This document shows, piece by piece, positions 23,181 through 64,000 of a DNA stretch of 64,000 bases. Made by a program: the position numbers and the translations under genes. The notes under the pieces were generated by a model. That model searched no databases. It saw only the letters and a program-made list of their open reading frames with translations, and was not told the DNA's origin. The stretch covers positions 142,662,001 to 142,726,000 of the forward strand of contig NC_135884.1 of NCBI RefSeq assembly GCF_964194155.1, given 5' to 3'. The DNA is from Cetorhinus maximus. Lineage: Eukaryota. The first letter of the stretch is position 1. The number at the start of each line of letters is the position of its first letter.

Positions 23181-25454
23181 TTGGAGAATGCATTTTAAAA
23201 TTGAGATTGCTGTTTTTTTGTTAACCAAAGCTATTAAGGGATATGAGGCAAAGACAGACATTTAAGTTAGGTCAGAGATCAGACCTAATCTCATTGAATG
23301 GCAGAAAATGTTTGCGGGGGCTAAGTGGCCTCCTCCTGGTCTTATATATTGACAGACATTTCTGTGAGTTCAATAGTCCTGCCAACCAAAATACCTTGGA
23401 GGCAGGTGACTTTCAAAGGATGGAAAGGATAAAAAGGGGAAATGCTAATTTCTTCATAATTAAGGCAAAACATATCCTTCTCCTCAGTGTGAGGGTGGGG
23501 TGGGGTGGGTGGGTGTAGGGGGAGTGGGTGTAGGGGGAGGTGATATACAGCAGCCAAATCTCTAAACCTAACGTGAAATAAAAGGGATATCTACCCCACT
23601 TCTGCGAAACTGTATCATGTTCCATGATAGTTTGGGCTGGTCCAGATACTTGTCCATTCTTCCATCCATCATTACGCAGTATAACACTGGGCTGAATGTG
23701 GCATTGCAATCTCTGGAACCACAATAAGATCTGGCACATGCTCTGTAACCACTGCGAAGCTCATGGCATTTGTCTATATTCCCCTTCCTTCCAGTTGGAG
23801 TGCTCACTTCCCTTCAAGAAATGCCTCTTTTAATTAAAGGAGGAGACACTAGGTTTCCCTCAAACTAAAAGATCTAACGATAGTGACTCCTTTTTGTTTA
23901 GAAGGGCACAACTAATAGAAACTCAAATCTTTTTAAAAAAGGGAACTTAACAAATGAAGCCATCGCATTGCTACCAGTGTTAATAATGCTTCCCAGTCCC
24001 TGCAGTCATGAAATGGCTCGAGCTTAGGGGTAGACCCCTTTTCCAAGGCCAATCCAGGTGTTCACCGCCACAGCACATGTCCAACACAGACCTGCCCTTC
24101 GTCGGATGCACAAGAGTGGAGTTGCTGGTGTTTCGCTGCAGTGAACATGCAGGATTCTCCTGTAATTCTGGTCCGAGGACTCAACTGCTACATTTATACT
24201 CGAGTAAAAAGGAGATTTTGTGAAGCAAGTGTCAGCTGACGCAGCAACCACGACAGAGGGACAATGCTTTGAAAAGGGGCTGTTAGCATCATGACAAGCT
24301 GGCAAATGTTTACACTGGAAATTTCCACAGGATCTTTGGGCCGGAGATGGTCAAAACCGAAGAGAGATGGCGTTAGGGGGTTAACAGGCTCTTTCTCCAG
24401 GGATTCTGGTGATTTACCCCTTCAAATTATGGCAGGAGGTTTGGGAGAACATTGCAGAAATTCAGGATCTTAGTTCCTTTTGGTTTGAGGAAGACAAGCT
24501 AGAGGAGCCATGCATCATCTCTACCCAGCTAAATGCGCAATCTTGTGGTTCTACAGCATTTACACCATAGGCCCACATCTTCTGGAGACCAGACGTATAC
24601 CCCAAGATGATCTTCATGAGCCAGTGGAAATCCCAATGTGCTGATTTTGTGGGAATTGCCTGGGATGTTTGAACTTCCAATGGGCAATTCTCCTGCTCCC
24701 TGGGACCCTCCGAAAAAGTCTCCGACTTGAGTTAGAGTTAGAGACTTTGGGCGATTCGACTCAGTTATCTAGATAGTTAGCCAGGTAATGTTAGATGGAA
24801 AAGTCTCCTGGGTAACTATACAACTGACCACCCCCTGCCTCACCAATCACTCATACTGACCTCGCTGCCAACACTCCCCCTGATCGCCCGAGCTGACCTG
24901 ACTAGCCCTCACCACCCGACTCCCCAGGACCCCCAACTCCCCACCAACCCGATCTGACTAGCCCCTGACCTGATAACCCCTCCCGACATGACCTGACTAC
25001 CCCTGAACCCACCTACCCACTCACCCACCCTACGCAGCAGTCACCCTACCCACTTACCTCACCCACCCTACCCACTTACATAGCTACATATTCACTCATT
25101 CACTAACACACTGAAATGCTGTTTAAATGTCCCAGCTTTACTGTGTTTTAGTGAACACTTACCAGAATACAGCAGGTGGTGCCATAAAAAGGGGGTGTGG
25201 CTCATTCGTCACCTGACAATCCAGCATTACAATGAAGCAGTTTGATGGAAGAATGCTCCACATTTCTGAAGGAGCCGGGGTCAGAAGACCCAGGCAGAAA
25301 TGTGGAGCAGGATCCTGGCACAGAAAATTAGGAGCAGAGTGGCAATACGACAATGGTTGCTGCTCCTCAGAAGATTCAGGCCACTCTGTTATCTACTTGT
25401 GGAAAAAAATGGATTTAATTAAGAAGTGCCAAACATTTCTTTTGTGAAGACAGC

Positions 25455-25730
25455 ATTCGTCATCAGCTGTCCCTCGATTTGAGGATGACATCTACTGAGG
25501 GTCTCGAGTTTCTGCCATGGGTCTTCATTTGTCTGAACAGGTTGATCCTTGACCCACAGATCTTTGGGCACATGAGGCAGAACATCCCACAAGGTAGTGG
25601 GATTTGGAAGCGCAGGATTTGCTTCCATTTCTTTCCTTCTCTGCCGCCGTTCTGTCTCATCATTAAGACGTTGTGAGTCAAAGCATGATGCAGCTTGATG
25701 GACAGGTCATTATCCCTTTATTGGGCCTTA
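25455..25730 (-). mobile_element. RTE-clade LINE 3' end
   Basis: ORF 25463-25681 contains FCLMCPKICGSRINLFRQMKTH, a decayed C-terminal CxxC...SRIGL.SH..TH motif of RTE elements. Confidence 0.6.
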
Positions 25731-25802
25731 AGGTTGCTGCAATGGAGGAATCAAGGTCACCCTGGAAGTTCAATGGAAAGCCCACTGCAGATGCTAGATA
25801 CT

Positions 25803-26130
25803 TTCTATTTTATTCATGGGGTGTTAGCGTTGCTGGCAAGGCCAGCATTTATTGCCCATCCCTAATTGCCCCTGATGTGATCTGAGCCACCTACTTGAAC
25901 TGCTACAGTCTAAATGGTGTAGGTACACCCATAGTGCTGTTAGGAAGAGGGTTCCAGGATTTTGACCCAGCAACAGTGAAGAAACGGTGATATATTTCCA
26001 AGTCAGGATGGTGAGAGGTTTGGAGGGGAACTTCCAGATGGTGGTGCTCCCATGTGTCTGCTGCCCTTGTCCTTCTAGATGGTAGAGGTTGGAGATTGGG
26101 AAAGTGCTGTCAGAAGTTGCAGTGCAAGCC
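25803..26130 (-). mobile_element. Family-A LINE 3' UTR
   Basis: Reverse complement of about 1500-1815. Confidence 0.85.
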
Positions 26131-26690
26131 TTCATAGTGTGTTCATTTATGATTAAAACAGGAAATATATCTGGAAGGAATACTTAAAAAAACCTTCACT
26201 AGAAATTTCAAATAAATATATTAATACAATACAACTTGATGCAGATTTAAAAACACTAGCAGTGGTATTAGTCTTGGGGGTTGAGGAGCTGGTCTGTGAG
26301 GCATAGTTGCTAAGATGAAGCCTGTCCCTTTAAAGCTACAAAGCACAATCCCTATGGGAAAAAACTCCAACGGGCACATCTGAAGCCAATTAAAGGCCTT
26401 GTTGCCTTTTGCTGTGGGAAGTTTCTATAGATTGGCAGCGGCATATAAATCCATAAAACCTGCAGCTCCTGCTCCTGGGGAGAGGCCAAGTTGTCAAGAT
26501 CACAAAAGTCGCCACGGATTGACTGCCTTTCTTCTTTCCAAACAATCATGGTTTTATTTTACTGTTTTATGAATATAACATTTGAACAAATCAGGTGCAA
26601 GTCTGACATAGACTTCACAGTAGTGACATTTTCACCTACGATGTTGATACTAGACTTTCATCCTTGATGTAGTTGTTGAGTTTTACTGTC

Positions 26691-26900
26691 AGCAGTGTAG
26701 TCATTCTGGTTAAAGGGAATAGTGCTTAGCAGTGCAATCATTCCAGTTAAAGCACACAGCAACGCATTCTTTCTGGTTAAGGGGACACTGCACCTTACTT
26801 AGCAGTATAGTTGATTCCAGTTAAAGCCATTACAAGGATGTAACCATACAACCAATTCCTGATAAAAGTGCAGCATCAGAGTATGCAGCAGTATAGTCTG
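26691..26900 (+). repeat. Degenerate array of about 25-nt motif AGCAGTRYAGTCATTCYRGTTAAAG with variable spacers
   Basis: Copies at 26691, 26728, 26758, 26801, weaker near 26843 and 26887. Confidence 0.6.
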
Positions 26901-27568
26901 TTTGCCTGGAAGGAAATGTTACTTAGTCAACAGCAGCACTTGTCCAATATGAACTTTAAATTGCTGGATGGCTCCTGATCAGCCTCACAGGATGAAATGT
27001 CTCTCTAACAGGAGCTGCTGTCTTACTGACGCCTTGGTTACTATTAACTAGTCACCTCTCCAATAATCCCTCCTCTGTCTTCTCAAAATAACACAGGCAA
27101 AGAAACAAAAAATGATACCCAATAGGAAAGATGGAAATGGAAAGCGGAGTACAGAGTACATCAATGCAGTTGCGCTATCAAAAACTTTTCATCAGTTGAG
27201 AAGTGTTTCAGATGCTTTATACATGGTTCATCAGTGTGATCGCAGACACCACTTGTAAACTCAGGAGAAGCAGAACAAATGTCCAATTGGGTTAGAATTA
27301 GTTAATTCTACAGAGAACTGTTCTTGAGGACAACTTTCTCATTGCACAGAAAAAAGGAGCGTGATATCATTTGAAAACTATTTAAACGAGAAATGTGTGA
27401 TTTGCTTAAACCTAATCAGTGGCATATGTTGGTAAAATTAATAACAGGCTTTATTCTGTGGTTTTCTTTTCATGTAAAAATCCAATTCATGTTCCCATTT
27501 TCCAGTGTTTTGTGTAGTGTATGAACATCAATTTGCACCTTATTCAGAATCATCAATCACAATCTATG

Positions 27569-27574
27569 AATAAA
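27569..27574 (+). terminator. Candidate distal polyadenylation signal on + strand (CIBAR2-like gene?)
   Basis: AATAAA followed by ctgtgtctttctgtg; would imply a 3' UTR of about 6 kb, and other AATAAA hexamers occur earlier. Confidence 0.25.
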
Positions 27575-27699
27575 ACAGCAGCGAACTGTGTCTTTCTGTG
27601 ATAAGTAGTATTTTCTGTTGAGTGCCAATGAAATAAATGATTTATAATCCATTCTGACTCTGCTCATGTTGAATTACACAATGATAAGACGCATTACAT

Positions 27700-28145
27700 G
27701 AAAGGAACAACTTGCATTTATATAGCATCAGGATATCCCAAAGCGCTTTACAGCCAACAAAGTATTTTTGAAAAGTACTCACAGTTCTGAAATAGAAAAT
27801 GTAGCGTAGCATGCAGAACAAGATCCCACAGACGTCAATGTAATAAATAACCATGTAATCTGTTTTTTTTTCACTGATGAATATCGGCCCTGCAGGACAT
27901 CCAAGAAGAACTCCTCTGCTCTGCTTTGAAACAGTGCCATGGGATCTTTTGCAAGGCAGGCAGGATCACAGTTTCATGTCCCAAACAGAAAGGTGGCACC
28001 CCTAACCATGTGGCACTCCCTCAGTACTGACAGCAATTTTACCCTAGATTTTGTGCTCAAGTCCCTGGGGGTGGGGGGGGACTTGAACCCTCAGCCTTCT
28101 GACTCCGAGGACAGAAGTGCTACCCACAGGGCCAAAGCTGACACT
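27700..28145 (-). mobile_element. Deu-domain SINE (SacSINE1-like)
   Basis: Reverse complement of the 46920-47392 element; tRNA-like head near 28080-28145. Confidence 0.72.
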
Positions 28146-28401
28146 TGATGTTTAGCAGGAACTATTCTACCTTTGATGCTGAGGCTCACACAAAAGTGCA
28201 TTATGACTGACACCAGGGGAGTCGGTTCCTATTACTAACAGCCTCTGTCACCGAGAGGCTGCAGGTTTAAAATGTAAAAGCACCTTCAGGTTGTCCGAAC
28301 ACATTTCTTCACATTAACCCGAACTGGATTGAAACCCAAGTGTAAAGACAATGGTCTGTAGCAACACCAAGATACCACTTGTGATAACTTACAAAAAGGC
28401 T

Positions 28402-28407
28402 TTTATT
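28402..28407 (-). terminator. Candidate polyadenylation signal of the TMEM67-like gene
   Basis: AATAAA on the - strand about 1.2 kb past the stop, followed by GT-rich sequence (gtggtatcttggtgttg). Confidence 0.45.
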
Positions 28408-29597
28408 AGAGAATAAATTCATAAATTGTAAAATGCACAGCAAATATACACAAAGTTTTAAAAAAGCTTCTCAAAATATATCACTAGTAAAATACTGTAG
28501 TCCATATCTAATTACTGATTAAAATAGTGGCCATGATTGGGACACACTCAACAATTGACATGAATATAAGATTGGAAACTCTAGTGACAAAGCATTTGAC
28601 AATCTTGCCAGTTACAGATAGGCCCAAACACAATGGCATTGGACAACCATTATTTTATGCTCTCTAAAATGTACAAAATATTTGTCATGTCGATACAATT
28701 CATGAAGACACAAAGACAACCTCGGTGAGAAAATGATTTATTTGTGTTGCCATATTCTTCTGGCCTGTTAGGTCAGCCAGGCAGTCCAGCGGCTACAGCC
28801 TTGAGGGCTAAATTCGCCAGAATGATACCTAGTGCCAAATTTTTAAATGACCACAGAAGTGGGACTACGGGCAGACAGGCCAACAATTCCTGCCACTGGC
28901 CGGTGAGCCAGTTTGCTGATGTGGTCCAGCTGCAGGGCCGTTTTGTGAACAGCCTGGCTGGGTAAAGACGATTCCACACAAGCGGCGGGCAGCCTATTAA
29001 AGCAGTTAAAGGGCCAATTAAATCCAAAGTTCCGAAGCCGACTAGAATGTTCCAGTTGGCTGGCAGGCTGCTCATGGTGGCCATAGCCCAGCCCGTACAT
29101 AGCGGTGGCACACCTTGGGAATGATATACTGGTCTTGGAGGGAGCGCAACGTAGATTTACAAGAATGATTCCTGGGCTCCAAGGGTTAAATTACACATAC
29201 TAGAGTGGTATTCCCTGGAATTTAGAAGGTACTCTACTGAGTGCCACCTCAGGCTTGTTCTAAGCTAAATGCTGTCTTCATAGCAAGATAGTCCAGCCAG
29301 AAGATATTGGAAAACCTGGTTCAGATTGCAAACCGCCAGCCTTACACTTTCACTATTTCTCCGATTGCATTACTGAATTTCCCTTCAGCCACTCTACTCA
29401 ACTCTGACAGCACTGTTTATTCTGTGAGGCAGCTGGTTATCTTTTGGGCTTTATATCTTGCCACTCGATTGTTCCTTTGGATAACACTGGACTGCATACA
29501 TCAGCCCGTTGCTCTCAAAATAAAGTCACACTTGTGTGAGCGCAGTTAGGATTAAGACGTTCCTGTCCATAAAGCATTCCTCGACAGTAAAGAAACT

Positions 29598-61465
<31,868 letters not shown>

Positions 61466-62232
61466 CTGTGTAAAATGAAAGGAGACAGTGAGGAACAAAA
61501 TACAACAAGACTACATCAAAATTAGAGGACAGGGGAGTGGTAAAAATGGATTTTCTTATGTGGATAAAGGTTATAATATATAATGTCAAGGATTTGGCCT
61601 TTAACCAGGCACTGTCTCTGTATATATGGGACAGTTTAGCTAGAGAACCAAGTTCTTCTTGCAGTTCTTGATGACACACCTGAACTCTGACCTCAGGAGA
61701 TGCCCACCCAGTGAGCGGTTGTGATGCTCTTACTTCACCACTCACTCTCTACATTTACAACCCATCTGGCTGAGTCAGATTGTCAAATTAGTGCTGAACT
61801 TTAGCACCATCCTACGCTGAGTGGCTGTCCCCAGACAGTAAGTCACATTTATAGACGTAAGCAAATGCTTAACTTAGACTGTGAGTAAAGGACTAAAGGG
61901 CAAGAGCACATTGACATTAATGAGCAAGGCGAAAGATTATAAGATACTTTTCTTCCATGTGGATGAAAGCAATAGACCTTTGACTGATAGTTAATGTTAT
62001 GTGAATTAGCATCTTTAAGAACAGCTGAGATAATATTCAGTTACAAATGGGATTGAGCAATACAAGTGCAGGCAAGAATGATCAAATACTCGGTTGAAGA
62101 CAACAGGTATACAACTTGTAAAGTATGCACAATGTACATATAGACTGCACTATAGGGCAGCACTGGTTGGAATGTCTTCAGCCCAAAGCTACTGATCTTC
62201 TGTTCATTTAAATTCATGGATAAAAAATTATA

Positions 62233-62450
62233 AGGGGAGATGGTGGTAATGCCACTGAACTAGTAATCCAGAGTTCCAGGCTAATGCTCTGGAGACATGG
62301 GTTCAAATCCTACCACAGCAGCTGGGTGGAATTTAAATTCCGTTAATAAATCCAGAATTGAAAGCTAGTCTCAGTAATGGTGACCATGAAACTATCCTCA
62401 ATTGTCGTGAAAATCCACCTGGTTCACTAATGTCCTTTAGGGAAGGCAAC
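62233..62450 (+). mobile_element. tRNA-derived SINE, 3' truncated
   Basis: ggggagatggtggtaatgccactgaactagtaatccagag...gggttcaaatcc; same family as 19627-19979. Confidence 0.8.
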
Positions 62451-64000
62451 CTCAATAACCCTAATATTAGCCGGGATAAAATAAGTGCGAGAAGGTATAA
62501 AAGGGTGCAGGATTCTTAAACATGCACTCAGGAGAACTTTATTGCCAGCAGGTAACAAACCCCAACAAGAAGAGGGGCAGTTCTGAATTTAGTTTCAAGA
62601 AATGAAGCAGGGCAAGCGGAAGGGGTAGCAGTGGGGGAGCATTGTGGTGCTAGTGATCATAATACAGTTCGATTTAGAGCAGCTATGGAAAAGGACAAAG
62701 ATGGACCAAGTAAAAGTTTTAAATTGGGGAAAAGCCAATACCACGCTGAAATGTGATTTGGCAAACGTGGACTGGTAATAGCTGGTTGAAGATAAATAAG
62801 TGTCAGAGCAGTGGGAGGCAGTCAAGGAGGAGGTATGAGGGTTCAGAACAAATGTATTTCCACAACAAAGTGTGGGATTCACAAATCTAGACACCCAAAT
62901 GATACGATACTGAGAAGTGTAGAGGAATAGAGGGACACTGGAGCTTGGACCTAAGCCCAATGGAGTTTAGAAGAATGAGAGGTGATCTTAATGAAACATT
63001 TAATATCCTGAGGGGATTTGATAGGGTAGATACCGGAAGGATGTTTCCACTTGTGGCAGAGACTAGTACCAGGGGACACAGTTTAAGAATAAGGGGTCTA
63101 CTGTTTAAGACAGAGATGAGGAGAAATTCTTTCTCTCAAAGGGTTGTTAGTATGTGGAATTCTCTTCCTCAGAAAGCAGTACAGGCTGGGTCATTGAATT
63201 TATTCAAGGCAGATTAGACAGATTTTTGATAGACAAGAGAGTCAAGGGCTGTGGGGGAGTAGATGGGCAAATAGAGTTGAGACACAACTAGATCAACCAT
63301 GATAAAAGCAAAATACTGCGGATGCTGGAAATCTAGAACAAAAACAAAAATACCCGGAAAAACCCAGCAGGTCTGACAGCATCTGCGGAGAGGGATACAG
63401 TTAACGTTTCGAGTCCGTATGACCCTTCATTAGAACTAAGAAATATAGAAACGAGATGAAATATAAGCTGGTAGAGGGGGGTGGGACAGGTAGAGCTCAC
63501 CCCCCCTCTACCAGCTTATATTTCATCTCATTTCTATATTTCTTAGTTCTAATGAAGGGTCATACGGACTCGAAACGTCAACTGTATCCCTCTCCGCAGA
63601 TGCTGTCAGACCTGCTGAGCTTTTCCAGGTATTTTTGTTTTTGTTCTAGGTCAGCCATGATCTTATTGAACAGCGGAGCTCGATTGAAGGGCTGAATGGC
63701 CCACTATTACTCCGAAGTCCTATGTTCCTATGCATGTCCGCAGGTTCCCAAAGGTAGCAGAACAGGTAAATAAGATGGTTAAGGTGGCATATAGTACACT
63801 TTCCTTAGAAGTGGATTATAAGATTATAAGAGTAGGGGGATTATGCTAGAACTGCATGAAGTGCTAGTGAGGCCATAGCTGGAGTACTCCCTACAGTTTT
63901 GATCACCATATTGCAGGAAGGATGGGATCGCACTAGAGAAAGCACAGAGGAGATTTATGAGGATGTTGCCAGGAGTGAAAAATTCAGCTATAAGGAAAGA
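62450..64000 (+). mobile_element. Cluster of CR1 fragments (APE end, RT C-terminus, 3' UTR)
   Basis: VGEH.GASDHNTVRF, RRMRGDLNETFNILRGFDRVD, LVRP*LEYSLQF*SPY.RKD. Confidence 0.8.
63304..63649. mobile_element. Near-perfect palindromic Penelope-derived element with two hammerhead-like motifs
   Basis: Arms 63333-63483 and 63498-63649 are reverse complements with few mismatches and a loop of about 14 nt; target duplication CTAGRTCARCCATGAT at 63288-63303 and 63646-63661. Confidence 0.88.

Noticed and set aside
26691-26900. CRISPR array interpretation of the motif-spacer array
   Set aside because: Repeats are degenerate, spacers are short and uneven, and the context is eukaryotic.
61466-64000. 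Further upstream TMEM67-like exon
   Set aside because: No segment resembling the preceding meckelin exon was found; it probably lies beyond the window.

Overview
Vertebrate genomic DNA, most likely a cartilaginous fish (shark/ray), judged from the repeat content: CR1-type LINEs, L2 tails, Deu-domain SINEs, Penelope-like elements and Harbinger-type elements. Two spliced genes lie tail-to-tail and both are truncated by the window edges. On the + strand is the 3' part of a FAM92/CIBAR BAR-domain gene that best resembles CIBAR2/FAM92B (7 exons, 346-21218). It includes a U12-type (minor spliceosome) intron followed by a 6-nt microexon. On the - strand is the C-terminal part of a meckelin/TMEM67-family gene (12 exons, 61465 to 29598, 437 aa, intact frame), which looks divergent and may be a TMEM67 paralog. 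The introns are packed with degraded transposons, including fold-back Penelope-derived elements carrying minimal hammerhead-ribozyme motifs, nested insertions and three minisatellites. Nearly all ORFs in the supplied track are transposon fragments, repeat artefacts or single exons. Homology calls rest on recalled protein and repeat sequences, not database searches.
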